NCBI GenBank assembly: GCA_020184695.1 | Contig: JAANOX010000069.1 | Coordinates: 310,001 to 374,000, forward strand | Reading direction: 5' to 3' | DNA: 64,000 bases | DNA from: Histomonas meleagridis 2922-C6/04-290x | Taxonomy: Eukaryota > Protista > Parabasalia | Shown: piece by piece, positions 26,342 to 37,029 of the stretch | Layout: every line of letters begins with the position of its first letter | Position numbering within the stretch: position 1 is the stretch's first letter | Made by a program: the position numbers and the translations under genes | The notes under the pieces: generated by a model | Told to the model about the DNA's origin: nothing | Database searches by the model: none | Seen by the model: the letters and a program-made list of their open reading frames with translations, nothing else

Positions 26342-26703
26342 AAAGAAAAAATGATTTTTATTCTATAAATTAATAATAATTCTAACATAAAATATTCTGG
26401 TTCAATTTCTTTACCATTCATTTTATTAAGCCATATTTTAATATTTGGTTTTCTACTTTTATATTCATATTTCTTATATTTAGTTCTATTTTCATTCGTA
26501 TAAATACAAAAATAATCTTCATAATGGTCACGTTCGATAAAATCAGCGTGCATTGTAACATCAGATATCAAATAATCCTTAAATTTACACTTACATTGTT
26601 GTACTACTATATATCTAGGATTTTGAAAATCCAAAAATTCAGGCGGAAAACGGTTTTCTTTTTGAAAAGTACAAAAATACGTTTTAGTCACAGGTTTTAG
26701 CAT
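26308..26703 (-). CDS. Conserved hypothetical protein of trichomonad Maverick/Polinton type
   Basis: RYIVVQQCKC...HADFIERD.Y.DYFC...KKYEY...IW...G..I....F.LELLLIY pattern recalled from T. vaginalis Maverick ORFs; not database-verified. Confidence 0.55.
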   Translation of the reverse strand: MLKPVTKTYFCTFQKENRFPPEFLDFQNPRYIVVQQCKCKFKDYLISDVTMHADFIERDHYEDYFCIYTNENRTKYKKYEYKSRKPNIKIWLNKMNGKEIEPEYFMLELLLIYRIKIIFSLCLVLEMLQKI

Positions 26704-26884
26704 TTATGAAAATGAAGTTCGCCATGCGACCGTACAATAACCGTCGCTTCTTGACTACTTAACATCCGACCAAATAATAACCGTAGACAATTTGTGCTGG
26801 TCATACGAGGTTGTCGATAAGTTTATGTGAAAAGTGGCATAAAAGTGCTGTCGTTTCTCTCAAAAAGTTTCCCGTTCACTCAAA

Positions 26885-27813
26885 ATTGAATGCTCATTCA
26901 AAAAGTGGCATAAATGGCCAAACAGACTCCACAAAATTATTGTATTAAGCACTTAATACAAATGATCCCCACTCATCTCGCTGCAATTGATTATCTAATA
27001 TTCAAAGGCGTTTTTCCTAAAACAACAGAATGCAAAAAATGTAACATAATTTTATACTCCAGTAACAATCAATTTCGTTGTAGATATTGTAATAAACAAC
27101 AATCCATCACAATTGGGACAATATACGAAAAATGTTCAATACCTTTTGACATGGTTTTGATGGTTGCTTATTATTGGCTTTTGAAAACCCCAACAACATC
27201 AATCGATTCAATAACAGGATTATCTTAAACAACAGTTTGCAAATATATACAAAAATTCGAAAAAATTGTTTCATGCATGGTTCGAAATCGGTGGTGAAGG
27301 AATTATAGTAGAATTAGATGAATCTAAATTCGGAAAAAGAAAATATAATATAGGGCACAGAGTAGAAGGTGTCTGGGTTGTTGGTGGTGTAGAAAGAACA
27401 AAAGAACGAAAAATATTTGCATTAAGTGTTACGTCTAGAGACAAACATATACTTAAAACAATAATATCAGATCATGTTAAGCCTGGTACGATTATTTATA
27501 CCGATGCATGGAAAGCTTATGTCCCTGCAATCGAAGAGTTAAACACATACCAAAATACAAATTTTAAACATGAAATTGTGAATCATAAAAAAGGATTTAC
27601 AAGAGAAGATGGAGTACACACGAATACAATAGAAGGAAATTGGTATGGTTTTAAATGTAATCTTACAAGTCAACATATGAAACCAAAACTGATCGACCGT
27701 AAGTTTGCATTAACACTGCGAAGAATCTTCAGCTGATCTTTTGACTTGGCTTTTTTGAGCTATTGTAGTCTGGCTTCTGACCAATTGTACCACTTTTTGA
27801 ATGGATATTCAAT
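26885..27813 (+). mobile_element. Merlin/ISXO2 transposase (stop plus frameshift) flanked by 24-bp imperfect inverted repeats
   Basis: IGGEGIIVELDESKFGKRKYN.G.RVEGVWVVGGVER, YTDAWKAY, VNH, HTNTIEG.W; attgaatgctcattcaaaaagtgg (26885-908) vs reverse complement of 27790-813, 21/24 identical. Confidence 0.85.
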
Positions 27814-28088
27814 GTGTGATGGTTGTAAAACCGATCCGGAAAAAATCGATTTCGAAATTTCGATTTTGATCCGGATATTTTTTCCCCAATTTGAAAGCAG
27901 ATTTTTATTCATATGTTGAGAAGGATCTAAATAAAAATCAAAAAATTCACCAGGATATGTTTATTTCCTCAGTTTGAGGACCTCTAACATAACAATTCTA
28001 GTGTTACATTAATATCACCACATACTTTTAGTTCATGTGGAAGTCTCCAAATTATTAATATTTATTCAGATAATCAAATGTATTCTAA

Positions 28089-30623
28089 TCATAAAAGAAT
28101 ACAATTCGAATTTTTGTTCCGAAGTAACTTTACTATTTCTATATTATTATTTCTAACTGCTATATGAAGTGCTGTTTCAAATTATTAAAAAATATTTCAA
28201 ATTATTAAAACATATATAAAATTATTAAAACATATAAAAAATTATTAAAACATATTCCAAATAATTAAAACATATTCTAAATTATTAAAATGAATAGTTT
28301 TTGCATTAAAATCAATTCCTTCTTTATCTAAAAGTAATTTTACTATTTCTATATTATTATTTCTAACTGCTATATGAAGTGCTGTTTCAAATTATTAAAA
28401 AATATTTCAAATTATTAAAACATGTTCCAAATTATTAAAACATATATAAAATTATTAAAACATATATAAAATTATTAAAACATATCCAAAATTATTCAAA
28501 TGAATAGTTTTTGCATTAACATCAATTCCTTCTTTATCTAAAAGTAATTTTACTATTTCTATATTATTATTATTTCTAACTGCAATATGAAGTGCTGTTT
28601 CAAATTATTAAAACATGTTCCAAATTATTAAAACATATTCCAAATTATTAAAACATATATAAAATTATTAAAACATATTCTAAATTATTCAAATGAATAG
28701 TTTTTGCATTAAAATCAATTCCTTCTTTATATAAAAGTAATTTTACTATTTCTATATTATTATTATTTCTAACTGCTATATGAAGTGCTGTTTCAAATTA
28801 TTAAAAAATATTCCAAATTATTAAAACATATATAAAATTATTAAAACATATTCCAAATAATTAAAACATATTATAAATTAATAAAACATATTCCAAATAA
28901 TTAAAACATATTATAAATTAATAAAACATATTCCAAATAATTAAAACATATTATAAATTAATAAAACATATTCTAAATTATTAAAATGAATAGTTTTTGC
29001 ATTAACATCAATTCCTTCTTTATCTAAAAGTAATTTTACTATTTCTATTTTATTATTTCTAACTGCAATATGAAGTGCTGTTTCAAATTATTAAAAAATA
29101 TTTTAAATTATTAAAACATATTCCAAATAATTAAAACATATTCCAAATTATTAAAATGAATATTTGTTGCATTAACATCAATTCCTTCTTTATCTAAAAG
29201 TAATTTTACTATTTCTATTTTATTATTTCTAACTGCAATATGAAGTGCTGTTTCAAATTATTAAAAAATATTTTAAATTATTAAAACATATTCCAAATTA
29301 TTAAAACATATATAAAATTATTAAAACATATTCCAAATTATTCAAATGAATAGTTTTTGCATTAAAATCAATTCCTTCTTTATCTAAAAGTAATTTTACT
29401 ATTTCTATTTTATTATTTCTAACTGCTATATGAAGTGCTGTTTCAAATTATTAAAACATGTTCCAAATTATTAAAACATATTCCAAATTATTAAAATGAA
29501 TATTTGTTGCATTAACATCAATTCCTTCTAAATCTAAAATATATTTCACAAGTTCAACATTTCCTGATTCTGATGCAAATGGCAAAATATTTTTTGGAAT
29601 TTGATTCTTTTGAATGAAACATTTAACAAGATATAAATTTCCATTTATTGCTGATTCATTTATATTACAAGCATTAACATCAATTCCTTTTTCTTCCAAA
29701 AATTCTAAAATATCATAATTATCTTTTTGAATACAAAGATCTATCAAACAATGTGTGACTTTAGACATTTTTGGATATGATTGTATTTTTTCTAATTTAT
29801 TATCATAAAGATATTTAAAGATATCATTTTGATGAAATTCAATTGCTGTTTCATATGCACCTTTAAATGATGAATGATTTTGTTCACATAAATGAAAGAT
29901 TTCTACATTTCCACCAGCAACTGCATATTTGCCTGTATTTTCTACTTTTGCGCCATTCATAAGTAAATATTTAAAACATTTAATAGAAGAAAAAAATGCT
30001 GCATAATCAATTAATGTAACATCTTCTTTGTTAATAAAAGAACATCTTTCATAAAGTGATGGTTCAATTATTTGATTAAAATCAAAATTTGTTTGCGATG
30101 ATATTTCTTGAAGTTTATCGATTTCATCATTTCGAATTATTTTTGCAATTTCACTTGGATTAGCTCCTTCTTTAATTGTTTCATTTGGCATGTATTGCAC
30201 AAAATATCCTTGAGAAGCAATCGAGTGTTTTATATTTTTAATGATTTTTTTATCAAGTAAATTATCTTCAATCATTTTGGAAAGAAGATAATATGATTCT
30301 TGTGTACTTTTACTAACAAGAAAATGTCCATATATATCAAAAATATCAATTTCTTGATGAATGTTCATTTCTAGTTTTTTTATTTCTTTAAAAAAATCCA
30401 AATATAAATCAATATCTTTCATTCGTATGATAGCAATTGCGTATGTAATCCTAACAATAATTAAATTAAAAGATAATGGATAAATATCATCAAATTTACT
30501 TATAATTAATTTTGAAGATAGAATGATATTTTCTTTGTTTAAATTGAATATTAAATTCTTAATATATTATTGTGATGTTTCCCATTCGTTCCCATGAATT
30601 TGGCTTTTTGCTTGAAATATCAT
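28089..30623 (-). CDS. DUF3447-like/ankyrin-repeat protein C with 7 inserts built of a 20-bp unit (premature TAA near codon 19)
   Basis: ATG 30623 is in frame with ORF 29451-30422; near-identical 102/105-nt ankyrin exons (FETALHIAVRNN.IEIVKLLLDKEGID.NAKTIH); final TGA 28089-91. Confidence 0.75.
28182..29495 (-). repeat. VNTR-type inserts (TTTAATAATTTGGAATATGT)n+TTTAATAA between ankyrin exons
   Basis: Inserts 29448-29495 (48), 29258-29345 (88), 29088-29155 (68), 28798-28985 (188), 28605-28692 (88), 28392-28499 (108), 28182-28289 (108). Confidence 0.9.
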
Positions 30624-31280
30624 ACCAAATGCCACTTTTGTGTCAATTCATCATGTTGTTATAATTGAATACAATGTATAGTTTACATAATCATTTTCAT
30701 CTCAAATTTTTGGAAATAAACCGTCGAATCCAAATCGTATTCAGACAAATAATAAATCAGATATTTCTATTGTTTCTGAATCGATTTTTTTATCAAATTA
30801 TAAATAAATCTCCAATTAGTTTAATTCTTTTTCAGTTATTGCTTCAGATGGAACTGAACTTGATGAACCATTTGTATTTAAAAATAGTTAAGTATAAAAG
30901 ATTTAGGTAAAAATTGATTAAAAGTTCCAGTAACTCCGAGAAGTAAACTTGTTCATTTCACAGGAAAAAATATTTATGTCTCCCTTGATCAAGGAGAAAA
31001 ACTTAAATTTAAAGAATTTTGAGAAAATTTTATCATGTAAGAATTTATGTTTAAATGCTGAAATTCCATTTTTATATAAATATATATTCAAACATTAATT
31101 CGTTATATCTATGAAGAAAATGTAAATATTTATAATATGTTAACTCAATTGCATTTTCAATGAAACCATTTTCTGATTCTCACTATTGTTTTATTTTTCT
31201 CATAAAAATAATATGATCGGAGAAAAAATGAAGCATTATGAAGATAATCAAAAGAATAGCTATTGCCATCATGTGGACAT

Positions 31281-31357
31281 AATAAACGGTCGTTTTGAAT
31301 TAAAATTAATTTTTTCATTTTCCTCTGAATTGAATTTCATATAATTGAAATAAATTT
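31281..31357. repeat. Dispersed ~78-bp module (copy 2)
   Basis: aataaacggtcgttttgaattaaaattaattttttcattttcctctgaatt...ttgaaataaattt. Confidence 0.7.
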
Positions 31358-31672
31358 GCCGCAAAACCACCTGATTAATAAACGGTCTCTTATACATGTC
31401 AAATTAAAAATTTGCAAAGAACCCTATTATAATTAAAAGGTATAGACCTTTATGTTGAGTCGAACATTCTTGGTGACACCATTCTGGGAATTAAACATTG
31501 GGAGATAGCTCTATTGCAGTAGAAAAATTAAAACTTCATTTTTTCCATGGAAAATTGAATTCAAATAAATCACTAAACAACGTATCGTTAGTATCAAAAA
31601 GCCGAATATTGAATAATTTACAATTGTTTTGAGAGCGCCGACAACCACGAACATAAATTTAATCATTTTTAT

Positions 31673-32920
31673 TTATTCAAATTGTTCGTTTGCTTCTTGT
31701 ACAATATCGCTAATTGTACTTGGTAACTCCTCAATATTTGTATTATAAAATTTCTCTAAATCAGCAATAATTCTCATTTCTCTCCCACAACAAATATTAA
31801 TTGCGATACCTTTTCTACCATATCTACCACTTCGACCAATACGGTGCAAATAACTTTCGCGATCAATTGGCATTTCGAAGTTCATAACAAGTGTAACTTG
31901 TTGAACATCGATACCACGTGCAATGAGATCAGTTCCGATTAATACTCTTGTTGCTCCTACACGGAACTGCTGCATGATCCTATCACGCTCAGATTGTGGA
32001 AGCCCTGAATGGATGGCAGAGACCATAAAGTTCTCCCGCTCCATTTGTTCCTTGATGTAGTCAACAACATCTTTTGTGTTGGCAAAAATAACAGCTTTTT
32101 GAATGCGAAAACGGCCAAAGAGATCGGCCAATGTTTCCATTTTACGGTTTTCTTTTCCGACGTTTACGTAAAACTGACGGATACCTTCGAGTGTAAGCTT
32201 CTCTGCTTTAACAAGAATCTTAATGGGATCAACCATAAACTTCTCAGCAATGTTGAAGACTTCTGGTGGTACAGTAGCAGAAAATAGAAGAATTTGAATG
32301 GTAGGATTGAGATACCTGAATATTTCTTGGATTTGCTCAATGAAACCTTGTGAAAGCATTTCATCAGCTTCATCAAGACAAACCATAACAAGGTCTTCAC
32401 ATCGGAGATGTCCTGATTCAATCAATGATAAGACTCGGCCAGGTGTACCAACAGCTACCATTGGAAGGCTGGATGCTTTATCTTGATCTTCGGATTCGGA
32501 GTGGCCTCCTGTGAAAAGTTCAATTGTAAGGCCATTCATTTTAATTCCAATTTCCTTCATAAATGTAAACGTTTGAGTAGCAAGTTCACGTGTTGGGGAA
32601 AGAACAAGTGCTTGTGTTTTTTGGAGGGACAGATCAAGGTTATTTAATATTCCGATACCAAAAGCACCAGTTTTACCAGTACCTGATTGAGCTTGAGCAA
32701 TAACTTGTCTTTTTTCAATAATTGGTTGAATTGCTAATGATTGGATATCGGAAGGATGCTTAAATCCATAACTATAAATACCATGGACGAGTTGTTGATT
32801 CAGGCCCATCTGTTCAAAATCATCAATTCTTTGGTCCCAATTTGCTGTAAAGTTTGGGTTTTCTTCAGCGGGTTGTTCCCTCCGACGAAAGCGCCTGTTG
32901 TTTTTTTTTTGGTACGACAT
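31673..32920 (-). CDS. eIF4A: eIF4A-family DEAD-box RNA helicase
   Basis: GFKHPSDIQ, AQSGTGKT, PTRELA, TPGR, DEAD, SAT, ARGID and HRIGRSGR motifs; first ATG at 32920. Confidence 0.88.
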   Translation of the reverse strand: MSYQKKNNRRFRRREQPAEENPNFTANWDQRIDDFEQMGLNQQLVHGIYSYGFKHPSDIQSLAIQPIIEKRQVIAQAQSGTGKTGAFGIGILNNLDLSLQKTQALVLSPTRELATQTFTFMKEIGIKMNGLTIELFTGGHSESEDQDKASSLPMVAVGTPGRVLSLIESGHLRCEDLVMVCLDEADEMLSQGFIEQIQEIFRYLNPTIQILLFSATVPPEVFNIAEKFMVDPIKILVKAEKLTLEGIRQFYVNVGKENRKMETLADLFGRFRIQKAVIFANTKDVVDYIKEQMERENFMVSAIHSGLPQSERDRIMQQFRVGATRVLIGTDLIARGIDVQQVTLVMNFEMPIDRESYLHRIGRSGRYGRKGIAINICCGREMRIIADLEKFYNTNIEELPSTISDIVQEANEQFE

Positions 32921-33345
32921 TTTGTTTTTCTGCCGGAGGAGTGGCCGTGACAAAGGCTCAATTTTTTGGATGGTTTACATGTAAAATGTGTTCGTTTTTT
33001 GGAAAATTTGATTTTTTTCCTGTGATTGAGAAGATATTATTAGGAAAAATTAAAAACATTTTATGATAAATGTTTGTTGATGAAGAATTTCTTTATAAAC
33101 TTCATCAGAATAGCCTAAATTTAAAGATACAACTAGTGACCAATCTTGAGGCTGACCATCCACAAATTCAAAACTTGTTTTCAATTGATTTTTCTGAATT
33201 AGTAAAAAGTGCTGCACACCTTTGATGACAGTTTTAAATAAACATCTGAAAAATTACGAAGCTTATCAACGTTTACTGGCGTATTTCAAGTTTTGAAAAA
33301 TAAATTTTTGAACTTTACATATTTTGAAAACAACAATGTAGATCT

Positions 33346-33423
33346 AATAAACGGTCGTTTTGAATTAAAAAATTAATTTTTTCATTTCCTCTGAATTAAA
33401 TATAATAAAATTGAAATAAATTT
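33346..33423. repeat. Dispersed ~78-bp module (copy 3)
   Basis: Same orientation and high identity to 31281-31357. Confidence 0.7.
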
Positions 33424-34089
33424 TTTTATATAAATGAAATTATACTGTTCAAATTTTGTTATCTTATCTTTTTATGTGAACAATCTCCAAAACTTTTTTG
33501 GGTTTCAGAATTAAAAAAGAAGTTCAAATTCAAGATATATATGAGACTCAAGATACTTAATATTTTTTATGTTAATTTTAAGGGTTTATTTTACTTTTTT
33601 TAAATTACATGATTTTCAATATCTAATGATCAAAGCAAAAATCTGTTTTTACAAATTTTTTTGATTGAATTGTTGTGTAAGTAGAATGAATCCTGAAGCA
33701 ATTCGTTCATGATTGGAGGCTCTAAACAAAAAAGAAAAAACAACTTTTTGAATTCATTGCAGTTTCTTTATTTTTTTTCAAGAAGATAATTAGATTCTTG
33801 TGATTGTAATGAGAAGATGACCAAAAACATTTATTATTCTATTTATATCTAAATTGCTTTTTTTTTTTTTTTTAACAAATAATAAGATTGAATAAATATG
33901 TAAAATGCATATTTATAAATATTAAAGTTGAATTAACAGATTATGAAATGTTATCTCCATTTAAATTTAAAATAATTTCCTCAATTTTTTGTAATATCTG
34001 TAGTAGATTTTTGTGTTTAATTTAATTACATTTCTTTTCCATTTCATTTGACACTTTTTATTTACTCGAACTTTAGTCACTATATAAAA

Positions 34090-35749
34090 ATGCGAAGTAA
34101 TAAGAAGATCATTGGATGGAGAAAAATTACAAAATTATTGGAGTCCATTATTTTCACATTAGATAAAGATAACGTAGAATTATGTGCTCAATCAACAATA
34201 AATATATTTACAAAAGAATTTCCTTTTTCATTTTATCTTCTAGTTTGCAGGTATGTATATTCAGTATTTAAATTCAAAAAACATGAGCCAATAATATATC
34301 TTAATTATTTACAATTAATTGAAAATATACAAGACAAAAAGGAATTAAGCAATCCAAAGATAATATCATGTTTTTGTAAGTTTCTTGTTGAATTAAAAAC
34401 ACAAGAATCATATTATATACTTGGAAAGATGATTGGACAAAAATTAATTGAACCTCATTTTCGAACGGATTTAAAAGTTCCATATTTTTTACATTATAAA
34501 ACAAAAGAAGTGATTTCAAATATTTAAGAAGAAGATATCGAACAATTTAGAATATATATTTGCGATCTTTACAAACATAATTTAAAAATTTATAAAAAGT
34601 ATATCAACGAAGGAGTTAATTCAATGGATATTACATTATTTATTAGAAATGATGATCTTGAAAATTTACAAGAAAAAGCATCACAAACAAACTTTAATTA
34701 TAATCAAAAGACAGATCCACCAATATATGAAAAATGTTCTTTGATTTATCAAGAAAATGTTACATTAATTGATTATGCAGCATTTTTTGGTTCACTTAAA
34801 TGTTTTAAATATTTGCTAATGAATGGTGCAAATGTAAATAATTCACTTAAATATGCAGTTGCAGGAGGAAATATTGAAATTATTCATTTATGCGAACAAA
34901 ATCACTCACCATGTAAAGACGTATTAGAAATAGCAATAGAATATCATAGAAATGATATTTTCCATTATTTTTATGATAAAAAACATATAAATCAAAACGT
35001 TAAAACAAGTTTAGGAATTAAATGTATAAAATATTGTAATTATGAGCTTTTCACATTTTTGGAAAATGAAGGATTGAAGATAAGTAATGAAATCATTTAT
35101 GAATTTTTAAGAATTGGAAACATATTTGTGGTTAAAGATGTGAATTACAAATACTGTGATAGTTATAAAATTCTTCTTGCATTATCTGAATCAGGAAATT
35201 CATCCGAATGTTTTGAAATAATTTCTAAACTAGGAAAATATTTTGATGTTAATGAAAAAAATATTTTTTTGGTTAATTTGATTTTTTATATAATATCATG
35301 GAGATTATTCAAATTATTTTTGACACTACTTATGACAGCATGTTTAAATCGTAATATTAAGATTGTTAAGATTCTTTTAGATCAAAAAGAGACTGATATT
35401 AATGTTCCAAATGTATTATTTGTTATATCAATGTTTTTAACTATTGTTTTATGTATTTTAAAATAATCTTATGTTTGTTTAATTTGATTGGTTGTGCTTT
35501 TAATATTGCTTATTTTAATGGTGATGCTGGTATTGTAAAATTGTTTCTTGAAAGAGAAGATACTGATTTTGAGCAAACTGATGTTTATTGATTTTATTTG
35601 AGGTTTGTTGTCATAATTATATGTATATTTTACTTAATTGGAATTTCTTCATATTATTTTATGGCGTATTCTATTACGCCTTTCCAGGCGATGAGGTTTA
35701 TGATTTGCTGCAAGATGCATATTATAAAAAATATGGATGCTATTTTTGA
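34090..35749 (+). pseudogene. DUF3447-like/ankyrin protein D with 3 inserts (48, 68, 68 nt) and an in-frame TAA at 34525-27
   Basis: ORFs 34048-34527 and 34624-35466 are in the same frame; inserts include 35419-35486 and 35589-35656; final TGA 35747-49. Confidence 0.7.
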
Positions 35750-36119
35750 CATCCAATTGTTGATGATATCATCAAAATAGATTATATATTAGACATTTGA
35801 TTATAAATAAATCACATGTGTCTCATTCTAGCTTTTCCATAAAAGTACATTAAATTGTAATACAAGTAGTAAAAATTAATATTTTGGATACTTTATACTT
35901 TCGTTTTTTTAGGTTTAAAACTTAAGTATCTGTAAATGAACAAATAAATCACAAATTAATTTTTTCTTGAAACTTCAGCAAATGTGCCTTCTATAATAAT
36001 AGAAATTTCATACAAAATCATTAATGAAGCAAGTACTTGCAATGCATACACATGATAAATATCAGAAATTTATAGTTATCTTGTTTATGTCACAATAGCA
36101 GATCGCTTTAATTAATCGA

Positions 36120-36240
36120 TGTATAAATATTAACATCAATTCCTTTCTCATTAAGAAGCAATAGTTAACTATTTCTGTATGACCTCTATCAGAAGCTAAA
36201 ATAAGTGGTATTTTAAATAAATTTAAATCCCATTTATTTT
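36120..36240 (-). pseudogene. Orphan single ankyrin repeat fragment
   Basis: FKIPLILASDRGHTEIV...EKGIDVN, preceded by the insert-type 3' motif TGGGATTTAAATTTA|TTT. Confidence 0.5.
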
Positions 36241-37029
36241 GATTTCGTATTGTATTTTCTCCTTGAGCAGATTCGATTTATTTGTTGTAAAAATGGTGAT
36301 TTGAAATTTTGACTATATAACTGGTCATCCAACCACCATTTTTTGAGTGATATTGAATGCTTGTAAAAAAATATATCAGAAATTGTTGCAAATTACTTTG
36401 TGTGGATTAAAATATGAAATGTGGTTTTTGAGAAAAGTTAAAGTCATTGATTTTATGCGAGGAATTGATAGAGAAGTGAGCAAGCCATTCAGTCGATTTG
36501 ATGATCACAGGTATATCAAAAGTCCAAAAGCCAGGAGAAAGTAAATTAAGCTTTGGCTCTGTTGCATTTCTAATTTCTGAAATTTCATCAATTTTTGAAA
36601 TCCGTTGCGCAAGTATTTGTATAGTTAAAACATCATGAAGTTCATCAACCAAAGAATCATGTAGTGATTTTATATCTCCTTGGATAATAACTTTTTTCAA
36701 AATGTCTCGCGCATATTCAACAAGGTCATTTTGTACATTCATTTTTTTTAACGTTCACATTTTTCTTTTTTGAGGCACAAAACGAACAGCTCAAAATACT
36801 TGAATCATGCATTCAATTAAACAAATCGTAACTTTTTGATAATTTTACAACATCTGCCAAAAATTTCTTTGATTTCAAAGTTTAGTCTACCCAAAATTTC
36901 TTCAAATCAACAAATCTGAACTACAATCACATAAATCGATAAAAGAAGTAATTTCATCAAATTTTCACTATAATTATGATGTTTTTATGAACATTTTGAG
37001 TTTGTTAAAGTAATTCCCTTTAAATTTTT

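Noticed and set aside
28089-29495. CRISPR-like array (conserved repeats with variable spacers)
   Set aside because: The conserved parts are 102-105-nt ankyrin-coding exons, the spacers are tandem copies of one 20-mer, and there are no cas genes.
2114-34527. Alternative genetic code (TGA=Trp/Cys or TAR=Gln) suggested by in-frame stops at 2114, 23127, 23751, about 30567 and 34525
   Set aside because: All long conserved genes (ALG5, eIF4A, MutL, SLC12, exportin) lack internal stops, use TGG for Trp and end in TAA/TGA. The isolated stops fall in TEs and multigene-family copies and fit nonsense mutations.
36407-36742. 111-aa ORF as a real gene
   Set aside because: No recognisable motif; probably a fragment of foreign or TE sequence truncating the orphan ankyrin repeat.
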